Assembly (NCBI GenBank): GCA_031367385.1
Contig: JANLPS010000460.1
Location: 1 to 20,110, forward strand
Direction of reading: 5' to 3'
DNA: 20,110 bases
DNA from: Archangium sp.
GTDB taxonomy: Bacteria; Myxococcota; Myxococcia; Myxococcales; Myxococcaceae
In this document: one piece after another, positions 1-9,660 of the stretch
Layout: the number at the start of each line of letters is the position of its first letter
How positions within the stretch are numbered: position 1 is the stretch's first letter
Notes under the pieces: generated by a model
The model's input: only the letters and a program-made list of their open reading frames with translations
Database searches by the model: none
What the model was told of the DNA's origin: nothing
Program-made: the position numbers and the translations under genes

Positions 1-415
1 CGACGATCGGCCATTGGCTCGCCCGCCGCTCAGGCACCTTTTCTTGCTCGAGGCAGCTCTCGCACACCGGCGGGTCGCCGAGTGACCCGCACATCTCGCA
101 CAAGAACGACCCGCACCGCGTGCACAACGCCACCGCGTCGCGCTCGTGCACCGCGCAAATGCCGCCGTCCCACCCGTGGCCGGTGGTCTCTTTGACCTGC
201 TCAGCGCCGAGCAGCGCCTTCGCCTTTTCGAGATCTCGCTCGAGCACCAACAACCGCGGAGCCATGATCTGCTGCAGGTGCGGCATCATCGACGTCGCGC
301 TCTCGGCCTGAATCACCACCTCGATGCCGTTCTGTTCGAGCAGCGCTTTCACCACGCCCGCTTCGGCCAGGTTCGCGCACTCCATCAAGAACGTCGGGGC
401 CAAAGACTCACTCAT
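1..415 (-). CDS. DUF2007-like (putative signal transducing) domain fused to a B-box-like double Zn finger; 3' end runs off the window
   Basis: Own translation from ATG at 415 (GAGG upstream) is open to the window edge: MSESLAPTFLMECANLAEAGVVKALLEQNGIEVVIQAESATSMMPHLQQIMAPRLLVLERDLEKAKALL...ICAVHERDAVALCTRCGSFLCEMCGSLGDPPVCESCLEQ. The EAxxxKxxLExxGI...LLVxxxDxxxAxxLL pattern is DUF2007-like. Not in the ORF track. Confidence 0.8.
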   Translation of the reverse strand, partial: MSESLAPTFLMECANLAEAGVVKALLEQNGIEVVIQAESATSMMPHLQQIMAPRLLVLERDLEKAKALLGAEQVKETTGHGWDGGICAVHERDAVALCTRCGSFLCEMCGSLGDPPVCESCLEQEKVPERRASQWPIV

Positions 416-435
416 CTAAGCCTCACCACTTTCCA

Positions 436-524
436 TTTCGGAAACGTTGCCTTGCCGGTCTGCGCCTTGTTGCAGCTGGGGCAAGAGAGCAGATGGCTGT
501 CAGCAGCACCACTCGTTTCCGAAA
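436..524. promoter_or_regulatory. Pair of inverted 11-mers (TTTCGGAAACG 436-446 / CGTTTCCGAAA 514-524) between divergent genes; candidate operator pair or RNA stem
   Basis: Exact reverse complements. Each contains a TTTC-N-GAAA quasi-palindrome and is AT-rich against a GC-rich background. Confidence 0.4.
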
Positions 525-535
525 GAGACACACTC

Positions 536-1648
536 ATGAAACTTCAGACCGTTGGGCTTCTTGGTTTTGGGTTGTTCACCGCGTCGTGTGGCGTGCCTGA
601 CGACGGCAGCCAGGTCGACCCCGGCGGCGCGACCGAGTCGGTCGGCAGCGAGCTGAAGACCAACCAGTCGATTCGCATCACCCAGGTGAACCTGGTCTCT
701 GATCGCCCGGGCGCGGCGACGCAAGACCCCAACCTCGTGAACCCCTGGGGCGTGGCGTACAACCCGGCCGGCCCGGTGTGGGTGTCGAACAACCACTCCG
801 CGACCAGCACCGTGTACGACGGCACCGGCGCGCTCAAGCTCACCGTCACCTTCCCCCAGGGGGCGGGCGAAGAGCCGGCGTCACCCACCGGCCAGGTGTT
901 CAGCGGCGTCGCCGCCGATTTCTCGGGCGACAAGTTCATCTTCAACAGCGAAGGCGGCAAGTTCTACGGCTGGCAGCCCGGCGCCGGCGTGCAGCTGCGC
1001 GCAAACTTCTCTGACCTCGCCCACAACTACAAAGGCCTCGCGATCGGCACCATGGCCAATGGCCAGACCCGCCTCTTCGGCACCGAGTTCAAGAACGCCG
1101 GCGTGACGGTGCTCAACTCGAAATACGAAGTGGTGCCGCTGCCCGCCGGAGCGTTCTACGACCCCAACATCCCCGCCGGGTATGCGCCGTTCAACGCGCA
1201 GACGCTCGAGGGCAAAGTGTTCGTCACCTACGCCAAGCAAGACGCCGAGGGGCACGATGACGACCACGGCGCGGGCCGCGGCTACGTCGACCAGTACGAC
1301 TTCAACGGCAAGCTCGAGCGCCGCCTCATCTCGCGCGGTGCGCTGAATTCGCCGTGGGGCCTGGCGATCGCGCCTCCGACCTTCGGGCCGCTGGCCGGCA
1401 AGCTGCTCGTCGGCAACTTCGGCGACGGCCGCATCAACGCGTACGACATTCACGCCAAAGACGCCTCCGGCGCCGAGAAGGTCGTCTCGCTGGGTGCGCT
1501 GGCCGACGCCTCAGGCAAGGCGCTTCAGATTGACGGCCTCTGGGCGATCGCCTTGAGCCCTGACAAGAGCTTCTACTTCACCGCCGCGACGCTGAGCGAA
1601 GAGCACGGCCTCTACGGCCGCCTCGACTCGACCACCACCGGTTACTGA
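536..1648 (+). CDS. TIGR03118-family beta-propeller-like lipoprotein (370 aa)
   Basis: Start reassigned to ATG 536 ([18 protein letters not shown], lipobox Cys18). Family-typical motifs NLVSD...[61 protein letters not shown]. Confidence 0.85.
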   Translation: MKLQTVGLLGFGLFTASCGVPDDGSQVDPGGATESVGSELKTNQSIRITQVNLVSDRPGAATQDPNLVNPWGVAYNPAGPVWVSNNHSATSTVYDGTGALKLTVTFPQGAGEEPASPTGQVFSGVAADFSGDKFIFNSEGGKFYGWQPGAGVQLRANFSDLAHNYKGLAIGTMANGQTRLFGTEFKNAGVTVLNSKYEVVPLPAGAFYDPNIPAGYAPFNAQTLEGKVFVTYAKQDAEGHDDDHGAGRGYVDQYDFNGKLERRLISRGALNSPWGLAIAPPTFGPLAGKLLVGNFGDGRINAYDIHAKDASGAEKVVSLGALADASGKALQIDGLWAIALSPDKSFYFTAATLSEEHGLYGRLDSTTTGY

Positions 1649-2367
1649 AGCGTGTGAAAGACCTGCTGCACGTCATCGTCTTGCTCGACCCGGTCGATGA
1701 ACTCCAGCACGTCGCGCGCCTGGCCCTCGTCGAGGGCCAGATGTGTTTCACAGACGTATTCAGAGTCTGAGGCCACGACGGTGAGCTTCTTGGCCTCGAG
1801 CGCGGCCTGGAGCTTGCCGAAGTCGACGAAGGCGCAGCGCAGGGTGACCTGCTTTTCGCCTTTGTCACTCACGCTCGCGCCGATGTCTTCGAGGCCGTGG
1901 TCGATCAGGTCGAGCTCGAGCTCGCCCAAGGGAGGCAGGCCCTCGGCTTTGAGCGTGAAGCGCCCCATGTGCTTGAACAGGTAGCTAACCGACCCGTTGG
2001 CCGCGAGGTTGCCTTCGTACTCGTTGAAGTAGCTGCGCAAATTGCCGACGGTGCGAACGATGTTGTCGGTGGCGGTGACGATCAACACCGCGATGCCGTG
2101 GGGCGCGTAGCCTTCGTAGACGACGGTGTCGTAGGTGGTCGCGTCGGCCCCAGTGGCCCGCTTGATCGCCGCTTCGACCTTGTCTTTGGGCATGTTCGCG
2201 GCCCGCGCGTTCTGCAGCTGGCGGCGAAGGGCGGGGTTGACCGCGGGGTCGGCGCCGCTGGCCTTGACGGCCATCGCGATGTCCTTGCTGATCCGCGCGA
2301 ACATCTTCGCCATGCGGTCCCAGCGTTTGAACATGCCCTCTTTGCGCGTCTCGAAGATGCGACCCAT
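1642..2367 (-). CDS. yebC: YebC/PmpR-family protein (241 aa)
   Basis: Start reassigned to ATG 2367 (MGRIFETRK). Motifs NPALR...[52 protein letters not shown]. The 3' end overlaps the convergent gene by 7 bp. Confidence 0.93.
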   Translation of the reverse strand: MGRIFETRKEGMFKRWDRMAKMFARISKDIAMAVKASGADPAVNPALRRQLQNARAANMPKDKVEAAIKRATGADATTYDTVVYEGYAPHGIAVLIVTATDNIVRTVGNLRSYFNEYEGNLAANGSVSYLFKHMGRFTLKAEGLPPLGELELDLIDHGLEDIGASVSDKGEKQVTLRCAFVDFGKLQAALEAKKLTVVASDSEYVCETHLALDEGQARDVLEFIDRVEQDDDVQQVFHTLQ

Positions 2368-2408
2368 GCGGCGGGTGATAGCGCAAACGCCTTCAAAGGT
2401 CAGATGCG

Positions 2409-2786
2409 CTATGGGTGCGCTGTGACGACGCCGCCGGGTCCCCCGATGGAGTTGCCCAAGAGGACGAACTGCTCGAGCCCGAGGGCCGAGTACCCTTGGC
2501 CGGGCCAGTCGAATGAGATGACGCGCCACTGGGGCGTGAGGGCTCGTTCGATGGTGGTGAAGTCGCCTCCGCCGTGGCCGATGGCGTGGAGGCAGAGCAA
2601 GACCGGCTTCGTCGAGCCGTTGGGTTCGGAGTCGTGCACCGCGAGCTCGACGCCGTCGATGGTGAGCCTGGTGGAGGGGCTCAACGACGCCAAGCGCGAA
2701 GCGGCGGGGTGGCTCGGTCGAGGGTGGGGCGGTTCGGAGCGGGGCCGCGCAGCTCAAGAAGGAGAGAGAGAGATGGGTGTTCGCAT
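2409..2786 (-). pseudogene. Degraded alpha/beta-hydrolase (probably once a secreted lipoprotein)
   Basis: Retains [28 protein letters not shown] and the nucleophile elbow LLGNSIGG. The helix normally found between the last two motifs is missing and the ORF stops 9 codons after GNSIGG, with no catalytic Asp/His. A lipobox-like FLSCAA lies in another frame, and there is an in-frame TGA at 2754-2756 next to a (GA)6 tract. Confidence 0.7.
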
Positions 2787-2830
2787 CGGCAGACCGTGGC
2801 ATCTGCGAGAGGCGGCGGCGTTGACCTAGG

Positions 2831-2893
2831 TTCAGGGGAGCGATGAGAGCCGGGTGGCTCGGAGCGTTCCTTTGACTTCGCTCAGGACGAAGG
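2831..2893. repeat. Degenerate REP-like palindromic element
   Basis: CCTTTGACTTCGCTCAGGACGAAG (from 2869) resembles, from memory, the CCTTCGACTTCGCTCAGGACGAAC arm of CGTC-type palindromic repeats. GAGCGA (2838-2843) can pair with TCGCTC (2878-2883). Single copy in this window. Confidence 0.4.
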
Positions 2894-2930
2894 GGGTCGT
2901 CGCCTGCTGCAGTGGCACAACAGCACTCGC

Positions 2931-5900
2931 TCAGCCCGAACGGGGGCTTCGACGCCGCAGCGCGAGGCCGAGCAGCAACAGGCCTACTGCCAGCGGAGCC
3001 CCACTCGTCTCACCACAGCCGCAGCCACCGATGACCCGCGCAGGCTCAGTGCGACCCGCCACGCCTCCATCGGGCTGCACCACCACGCCCTCGCGCGCAG
3101 TGAAGGCCACCGCCGCAGACCGCGTCGATTTGCCGGCCGCGTCAGCAGCGATTGCCACCAACGAATGCGCACCCGCCACGACGTCGAGGCTCGCGACCCA
3201 CGGCGCGGTGGTCAGGTCTCGCACCACCGCTCCATCGAGCTCGAGCTTCACGCTCACCACCGCCACGTCGTCGCTCGCGTTGACCGCCACCGCCACCACC
3301 AGCCCCGTCTCACCCCCCGCTGGAGCCGTGATGCTCACCACCGGCGGTGACTGGTCCATCGGCAACGGGCCCACGTTCACCGGCACGCCGTCGCTGGTGG
3401 CGGAGTTGCCTGCCGCGTCGGTAGCCTTCGCGGTCAGCACGTGCGCTCCATTCGCAATCGACGCGAAGTCGACCATCACTGTGTACGGGTCGGCCGTCGC
3501 CTCGCCGACCTTCAGCGCGTCGACGAAGAACTCGACCTTCGCCACCCCCACGTTGTCGCTCGCCGTCGCGCTCAACGCCGCGGTGCTCTCGAGCCGGGTG
3601 TTCGCCAGCGGCGCCGTCAACGCCACCACCGGCGCCATCGTGTCGGGCGTCATGCTGACGCTCACGCTCGAGGTGCCACTCACCGAAAGCGCCGTCGCGG
3701 TCACCGTGAACGGCCCACCCACCGTGGCCCCGGCGGTGAAAACGCCCGCCGGGGTGATGGTGCCACCACCCGACACGGTGAACACCACGGCCGGCGGCGG
3801 AGCGATCGCGTGGTTGAACTGGTCACTCACCGTCGCGGTCAAGGTCAGCGTGCCCCCCACCAGCACCATCGCCGCTTGCGGTTCGACCGCCACGTGCGTC
3901 GGAGTCGCCTGCACCACCACGTGCACCAGGCTGGTGATGTAATTCGCGTCGCCGTCGGTGATGGTCACCACCAGGTCGTAGTCACCGGCCTGGCTGAAGG
4001 TCGCCACGCTGGTTTTCGCCGCGTTGGTGCCGCTCGCCGAGAAGTTCACCGCCGCGGGCGCACCCGGGGCCGCCCACGCGTACACCAGGCTCGCTTCACC
4101 CTTGTCGTCGCTGGCGATCACAGACAGTGACGTGCTCACCCCGGTGACTGGAGAAGGGCTGGCGTTGGCGCTTTGCACGAGACTGGGCGCTCCGACCGGA
4201 GTCACCAGTACGCTCGCGCTGGCGCTCTTGCCCGCCGCCGTCGTGGTCAAGGCATAGGGCCCACCCGGGGTCGAGGCCGCCGTGAACAACCCATTCGTCG
4301 AGACCGTGCCCGCCGCCACCGGCACGCTGTAGACGAAGGGCGAGCTGTAGATGGGCTTGCCGAACTGGTCGACCAGAATGCTGCTGAACTGCAGTTTCGC
4401 GCCAGTCGTCACGTTTGCCGAGGGTGGAGAAATCGTCATCTTCACCGGGGCCTGCGTCACGTTCAGCGTCACCGAGGAGCGCACCGACAACCCCCCCGCG
4501 TCGGCGATGATCACCTCGAAGCCGTGGGTGAAGGCCTGCGCAAACGTGACCGTCGTCGTCTTCGCCGCGTTGGTGCCATTCGCGCTGAAGGTGCTGCCCG
4601 TCGCGCTGCCCTGCTCGACCCAGGTGTAGGTGAGGGCTGCTTCGCCCTGATCGTCGGCTCCGAGCACGCTCAACGTCACCGAAGTGCCCAACGCGGGGTT
4701 GGCCGAGCTGGCCGCCGCGACCGCCACCGTAGGCGCCGCGTTCACATCGGTCGTCGTGAAGTCTTGGCCGGTGAGGTCGGCCCCCGCCACCATCACGCTC
4801 TTGGTGGCCGGCACGAAGGTCTGCCCCGCGTGCGAAGGCGTCAGGGTGTACGTGCCCGAGGGCACGCCGATCAGCAGGTAGAAGCCCAGGGTGTCGGTCG
4901 TCGAGCTGCGGGTGCCGTCGCTCACCACCACGCCGGGGTAGGGCGTGCCTCCGGTGGTCACCTGGCCGCTGATTCGGTACGCGGTGGTCGCGTCGAGCGA
5001 GAAGTTCAGGTTGTTTCGCGCCGCGCCCGAGATGGTGATCGGGTTGGTGAACCCGTTGGGTTTGAGCGACACGCCGGGGCTGGTGGCCGAGAGGTTCCAC
5101 TGGCCGTTGGGCACCGCGCCGAGGTTGTAGGCCCACGAGCTGGCGCCATTCGAATAGCAGGTGGTGGTCTGCACGCCGTTCGTCACGACCGGCGCTGTCG
5201 CCACCCCCGCCGACGGTATCGAGCCCGAGAGGTAGCTGCCCTGGGCGTAGAAGTCGGTGGTGACGTTGCCTCCGAGCACCTCGACCGGGTTGCCAGTCGA
5301 GGGCGTGAAGAGCCAGCCGAGCTTGGTCGCGGTCATCGTCTTTCGGCCGTTGGGCACCGGGCTCAAGCTGTACTTGCCGTCGCTGCCGGTGGTGGCGGTG
5401 AGCGAGCCATTGCTGACCGTCACGCCAGCCATGCCGGCGCCGTTCGCCATCACCGTGCCGCTGACCGTGTACCCTCCGCTCGCCGTGGCTGTGAAATCGA
5501 GCCCGGTCATCGACGCCGCGACCGTCAGGGGGGCCGAAAAGCCTCGCGCAAACCCGTACTCCGACTTCGAGGCCGAAATGGTGAACGCACCCGCGGGCAC
5601 CTGGGTCAGCTGCCAGGTACCGTCGCTGCGCGAACGCGTGACCCGGGTACCGTCATCGATTCGAACCCCCTCGAGCCCGACGCCGCCCTCGGTCACCGTG
5701 CCCTCGAGCGTGAAGCTGGTCGGAGTGCCCACCGTCACCGAGACCCCCACCGTCACCAGCGCGCCCTTCATGTCGCTCACCGTGCAGCGCACGTTCTGCA
5801 CCCGGTCGCTGCCCATGGTGCGCATCACCGCCGCGGCGTTGGTGACTGAGAGCTGGCCGTCGTCGAAGTCCCACGCGTAGGCGAGGGTGTCGCCGTCGGG

Positions 5901-7730
5901 GTCGCTGGCGGTCACGGTGAAGGTGACCTGGGCGCCGTTGCTCACCGCCGACGGTGCGTACGCGATGCTGGCGGTCGGTGCCCGGTTGCCGGGAAAAGTG
6001 CCGACGTTGACGACCACGTCGAGTGACTCGGGCGTGGTGCCGCCCTTGCCCACCGGCGTCAGGTACACGCCGGCCAGCGGGTCTGAGAACGTGCGGCCGA
6101 TGACCAGCGCCGAGTCGCTGGTGTTGCCCTCGGGCGTCATGTCGAGCAGGTGGCTGCCCTGGGCGCCGCTGTAGGGGTAGCCGAAGTTGATGATGGTGCC
6201 GCTCATCGCCGAGGGGTTCGAGGTGAAGGCCTGACGAAACTCGAGCCAGTAGTCGCGCTGCTTCGAGTCTCCGGTGCGAGGCACTTTGAGCCCGTGCAGG
6301 CCGGTGCTGATGGGCGCCTCGAGGGCGTAGATGCGGTAGGTGCCGCTCGCCGAGACCAGCTGCACTTCGCTCGAAGGCACCCAGTCGAAGACGCGCTTGA
6401 ACCAGACGTTGAAGTGCGTCGAGCTGTTGCCGCCCGCGCTCATCATGTCGAAGGGGTTGCCGTATTCGACGTTCGCGCCCTGGGCCGAGATGATGCTGAG
6501 GCCCGCGTTCAAGAAGTTCGCGTGGTAGACGCCGTAGTTGTGGCCGAGCTCGTGGCCCACGACGCGAAGGGTGTAATCGCCGTTGACCCACACGCCCTTG
6601 CTGCCGACGTACCCGCGGCCCGACCAGCCGGTGGTGAAGATGTTCGATGAGGCGATGATCTCGTGGGTGTAGGCGTTCAGGTCGAAGCCGGCGGCCTTCG
6701 CGGCGGCGTGGGCGTCGGTCATCAGCCCGAGAAAATCATCGGCCGCGTTGTACGCCGCGGCGGTCTTGGCCATTCGATAGGTCGGCGTCAGCGTGAGCGC
6801 CATCGAGGTCTGATCGTACGACGCGGCTTTGTAGAAGTTGTTGGTCTGGGTATCGATGAGGTTGGTCGCCGAGCTGTCGGAGATGGGGTCTCCGGCGCGG
6901 TCTGAGAAGTCGACCCGAATCATCAGCACCGTCTTGGGCCCCGTCGACCACGCCGTCGCGGGGATGCCGGCGGCCTGCTCTTGCTCGACCAATCGATGCT
7001 CGGCTTTATCGGCGTGCATCGAGAGGCAGAACGCGGCCACCGTGTCGCCGGCGTGAAAAATCAGGTCGCTGTCGACCTTGTTCTTCGAGGTAGGGCACAG
7101 CGAGGGCGCCTCGCTCGGCAGGTCGATGTGCTCGCCCGGCCACAGCTTGCGAAAGGGAGACCCGGTCAGCCCGATGACGCCATCGAGCTCGACGCCATGG
7201 AGCTTCAGGTTTCGCTGGGTCTGTTGGTTGAGGCGGCGGCCGAACACGCCGGCTTTCAAGAAGCTCGACTCGGCGTCGTCGAAGGTCACGAAGCGGTCGA
7301 CCGGTGAGAGCGCGCTCGGGTCGGTGACGGTCGAGGCGATGACGTGGAGCGTTGCGATGCCGTCGTGCCACCGCTCGACGCGTTCGCGAATGATGCCGGG
7401 CAGGGCGCCGCGCTCGGGGGGCGAGAAGGCGAGCTCGATGGCGTGCTCGGGGTCGCGCAACAGCAGCTCACGCATCAGGGCGCGGCGGGTGGTGGCGAGG
7501 CCGGTGCCTTGCTCGACCATGCCGGGCCGCGTCAGGGGGCTCGCCGATTGGTAGCTCGCGACCCAGGCGCGAAACGCGACGTTGGCTTGCCCCAGGCTGG
7601 CCAACGTCGGGCTCGAATCGAGCGCGGCCCGTGTGGCGGCGACGGGAGCGTTGGCGCTCGTCGAGGGTGATGTGTGCTGATCAGCGCAAGCGGCGACGGT
7701 CAGACAGGCAACGACGAGCCGAAAACGCAT
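2931..7730 (-). CDS. Large surface metzincin metalloprotease (M11/gametolysin-like) with PKD, carboxypeptidase-regulatory-like and Ig-like repeats and a C-terminal MYXO-CTERM (1599 aa)
   Basis: Start at ATG 7730 ([15 protein letters not shown]). Zinc motif [11 protein letters not shown] (6522-6554) and Met-turn [34 protein letters not shown], four ~80-aa SGxV...DG...YxL...VPxG repeats, two ASDN/DVxV Big-type domains, tail [26 protein letters not shown]. Confidence 0.88.
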   Translation of the reverse strand: MRFRLVVACLTVAACADQHTSPSTSANAPVAATRAALDSSPTLASLGQANVAFRAWVASYQSASPLTRPGMVEQGTGLATTRRALMRELLLRDPEHAIELAFSPPERGALPGIIRERVERWHDGIATLHVIASTVTDPSALSPVDRFVTFDDAESSFLKAGVFGRRLNQQTQRNLKLHGVELDGVIGLTGSPFRKLWPGEHIDLPSEAPSLCPTSKNKVDSDLIFHAGDTVAAFCLSMHADKAEHRLVEQEQAAGIPATAWSTGPKTVLMIRVDFSDRAGDPISDSSATNLIDTQTNNFYKAASYDQTSMALTLTPTYRMAKTAAAYNAADDFLGLMTDAHAAAKAAGFDLNAYTHEIIASSNIFTTGWSGRGYVGSKGVWVNGDYTLRVVGHELGHNYGVYHANFLNAGLSIISAQGANVEYGNPFDMMSAGGNSSTHFNVWFKRVFDWVPSSEVQLVSASGTYRIYALEAPISTGLHGLKVPRTGDSKQRDYWLEFRQAFTSNPSAMSGTIINFGYPYSGAQGSHLLDMTPEGNTSDSALVIGRTFSDPLAGVYLTPVGKGGTTPESLDVVVNVGTFPGNRAPTASIAYAPSAVSNGAQVTFTVTASDPDGDTLAYAWDFDDGQLSVTNAAAVMRTMGSDRVQNVRCTVSDMKGALVTVGVSVTVGTPTSFTLEGTVTEGGVGLEGVRIDDGTRVTRSRSDGTWQLTQVPAGAFTISASKSEYGFARGFSAPLTVAASMTGLDFTATASGGYTVSGTVMANGAGMAGVTVSNGSLTATTGSDGKYSLSPVPNGRKTMTATKLGWLFTPSTGNPVEVLGGNVTTDFYAQGSYLSGSIPSAGVATAPVVTNGVQTTTCYSNGASSWAYNLGAVPNGQWNLSATSPGVSLKPNGFTNPITISGAARNNLNFSLDATTAYRISGQVTTGGTPYPGVVVSDGTRSSTTDTLGFYLLIGVPSGTYTLTPSHAGQTFVPATKSVMVAGADLTGQDFTTTDVNAAPTVAVAAASSANPALGTSVTLSVLGADDQGEAALTYTWVEQGSATGSTFSANGTNAAKTTTVTFAQAFTHGFEVIIADAGGLSVRSSVTLNVTQAPVKMTISPPSANVTTGAKLQFSSILVDQFGKPIYSSPFVYSVPVAAGTVSTNGLFTAASTPGGPYALTTTAAGKSASASVLVTPVGAPSLVQSANASPSPVTGVSTSLSVIASDDKGEASLVYAWAAPGAPAAVNFSASGTNAAKTSVATFSQAGDYDLVVTITDGDANYITSLVHVVVQATPTHVAVEPQAAMVLVGGTLTLTATVSDQFNHAIAPPPAVVFTVSGGGTITPAGVFTAGATVGGPFTVTATALSVSGTSSVSVSMTPDTMAPVVALTAPLANTRLESTAALSATASDNVGVAKVEFFVDALKVGEATADPYTVMVDFASIANGAHVLTAKATDAAGNSATSDGVPVNVGPLPMDQSPPVVSITAPAGGETGLVVAVAVNASDDVAVVSVKLELDGAVVRDLTTAPWVASLDVVAGAHSLVAIAADAAGKSTRSAAVAFTAREGVVVQPDGGVAGRTEPARVIGGCGCGETSGAPLAVGLLLLGLALRRRSPRSG

Positions 7731-7877
7731 GCGAGCGGGCAGGCAAGGCGCACGCCAAACCACCCGTCGCACTGCTCAGAGGAGGGACCCTCGGCGGAGG
7801 CCCGTTTTGCTCCGTAAACACTGCGCACTACGCAACAAAGAGTGGGGTGTACAGCCCTCACCTGATCAGCGGCGCGG

Positions 7878-9041
7878 TTACTTCAGCTTCGCGCAGGTCG
7901 CGCTGTGGTTTTTCTTCTGCTCGACCGCCGGGCCCAGCTGCCCGGTCGTGGCCTTGAGCCGCTCGCCCACGCTGGTCTCGATCTGCGCCCACACGGGGTC
8001 AGACGGCTTGAGCGAGGCGACCACTTTCTGGGTGCGCTCATAGGTGCCCTTGAGCCCCTCGAGCGCGGTCTTCAACGCCTCGTCGCGGGTCAAGATCAGC
8101 GCACACTTCTCGCGCAGGTCTTTCATCAGGGCCGAGCTGGGCTTGGCGTTGTACTTGCCGGCGGAGGCTGCGAAATCGGTCGTCGCGAGCTCGATGTTGC
8201 CCACGCTCATCGCCACCTCGACCTCCTGTCCCTGGCCAATCGCGTCGAGCTGGTGAAACTGCAGCGTCGGCACCGCGTCGGCGGTCTCTTCTTTCGCCTT
8301 GCTGTTGAGCAACAAGAACAAGTACGGCACGGTCAGCTCGCGGGTCGCCTTCGGGTTGAGCGCCTTGAGCTTCTCGGCCAGGCAGTTCGCCAGCGGCTGG
8401 TCAGCGTCTTTGGCCGCCATCGCGACCTCGAGCGGCTTGTCGGGGAAGAGGTGCAACCCGGCCTGCAGGTTCGGAGGCGCCGTCGTGCCCAGCGCCGCGA
8501 AGCAGTCACACCACTGGGCCTGCGCGATGCGAACCTGCCCGGCGATGTCGCTCGGGTCGTTGACGCCCCACTTGACGCCCTGCGCCGCCGAAAACGCGTA
8601 GGGGATCTTCATCTCAATCGGCTTCGCGCCCTTGACCAGCGGCTTGAGGCCCATCGCGGTGAGCGCCTTCTCGATGCAGGCCTTGCCCGACGGGTCGAGG
8701 TTGGTACCGCTCACGTCGAACTTCACCTCGGCGTCGGTCGCGCTGGCTTTGACCTCGAGCTGGGTGTCTGGCGCGTTGGCGCGAGACTTCGGGTCGAGCA
8801 GGCACTCGCTGTACGCCGGGCGGCCAGAGAGCAACGCCGCGGTGAGCAGCGTCTCGTTGAGGGGGGTGTCGAGCGGTTTGGCGGTGCACGCGGCCACGTC
8901 GAACTTGATGTTGTTCACCACCGCCAACTTCTCGGCTTGGGCAGCGGCCGCACCCTTGCCTCCGGCTTCGGTCTTGCCCGAGGTGGTGCTCGTGGCACAG
9001 GCGGCCAAACACAGCGCAATCGACGCAGTTAGAGCTCTCAT
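7878..9041 (-). CDS. Hypothetical Cys-rich lipoprotein (387 aa) with two possible AgmX/PglI-C-terminal-like (TonB_C-like) domains and a helical C-terminus
   Basis: Start at ATG 9041, lipobox LAAC (Cys15). Two units each have helix-C...strands...C-helix...PYxF. Codon usage fits a real gene. Confidence 0.75.
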   Translation of the reverse strand: MRALTASIALCLAACATSTTSGKTEAGGKGAAAAQAEKLAVVNNIKFDVAACTAKPLDTPLNETLLTAALLSGRPAYSECLLDPKSRANAPDTQLEVKASATDAEVKFDVSGTNLDPSGKACIEKALTAMGLKPLVKGAKPIEMKIPYAFSAAQGVKWGVNDPSDIAGQVRIAQAQWCDCFAALGTTAPPNLQAGLHLFPDKPLEVAMAAKDADQPLANCLAEKLKALNPKATRELTVPYLFLLLNSKAKEETADAVPTLQFHQLDAIGQGQEVEVAMSVGNIELATTDFAASAGKYNAKPSSALMKDLREKCALILTRDEALKTALEGLKGTYERTQKVVASLKPSDPVWAQIETSVGERLKATTGQLGPAVEQKKNHSATCAKLK

Positions 9042-9085
9042 AGGGCCGTGGCCTTTACTCGTCGCGCGAGAGGCGAGGCAAGAGA

Positions 9086-9550
9086 TCACTTCTTCTTGTG
9101 CTCTTCGGCCCGCTCCAGCCGCTCGAGGCGCTTGAGCGGCGCTTCATGACCCACGAAGTTCGCCGCGCGCGCCGCCACGTCGGCCACTTTCTTTTGCAAG
9201 CGAGAGACGTCGTACTGGTATTCAGGCCCGTTCACCTTGCCGAACGCCGCGAGAAAGGCCCGGGCCATGTCGCGCTCGTCGTCACTGGCGTGAGGTTCGA
9301 GCGCCGCCACCACCGCCGGGTACCCGTGCGCCCCCGCCTTCATGATCGCGGTCTCGTCAGACTCGTCTTTCCACCCCGGCTCGGCGCCGCGCTGCAGCAG
9401 CAGACGCACCACGTCAAGCCGGCCAAGCGCCGCCGCTTCGATCAACGGGGTGCGGCCCTGGTGGCCGACCAGGTTCACATCGGGAGTGCTGTCGAGGGCC
9501 GCTTCGACGGCGGCGAAGTCTCCGTGGGCGATGGCGTCAAAGAGCGTCAT
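9086..9550 (-). CDS. Small ankyrin-repeat protein (154 aa)
   Basis: Ankyrin consensus GRTPLIEAAALGRLDVVRLLLQRGA, plus ETAIMKAGAHGYPAVVAAL and an N-terminal LFDAIAHGDFAAVEAAL. Confidence 0.88.
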   Translation of the reverse strand: MTLFDAIAHGDFAAVEAALDSTPDVNLVGHQGRTPLIEAAALGRLDVVRLLLQRGAEPGWKDESDETAIMKAGAHGYPAVVAALEPHASDDERDMARAFLAAFGKVNGPEYQYDVSRLQKKVADVAARAANFVGHEAPLKRLERLERAEEHKKK

Positions 9551-9660
9551 GCCCGCTCAATACCACGCAATGACTGGCGATTTGCGAGCCCCCCGGGCTC
9601 ACCCCGCGCGGGGGGAATAGAGATCGATATGGTTTGTCGCGGCTTGCGTTCTTCTTCAAT

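Noticed and set aside
146..535. N-terminal extension of the 500-aa ORF
   Set aside because: Overlaps the minus-strand DUF2007-like gene. The signal peptide begins at ATG 536.
2368..2802. 145-aa N-terminal extension making a YebC fusion
   Set aside because: It is an off-frame read through the hydrolase relic. YebC similarity starts at 2367.
2854..5880. Long plus-strand ORFs (2854-3942, 4173-5849, 5257-5880 and others)
   Set aside because: Antisense shadows of the protease gene, expected in high-GC DNA, with no recognisable motifs.
7845..7862. Possible minus-strand terminator after the 7878-9041 lipoprotein
   Set aside because: The stem needs two bulges and a very small loop, and the U-tract is interrupted, so support is too weak.
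7878..9550. Ankyrin plus lipoprotein as a toxin-immunity pair
   Set aside because: No toxin motif or secretion-system marker is present, and the two proteins are predicted in different compartments.
9575..9589. GG-N10-GC element TGGCGATTTGCGAGC as a sigma54 promoter
   Set aside because: Lacks the TTGC context and is likely chance in GC-rich DNA.
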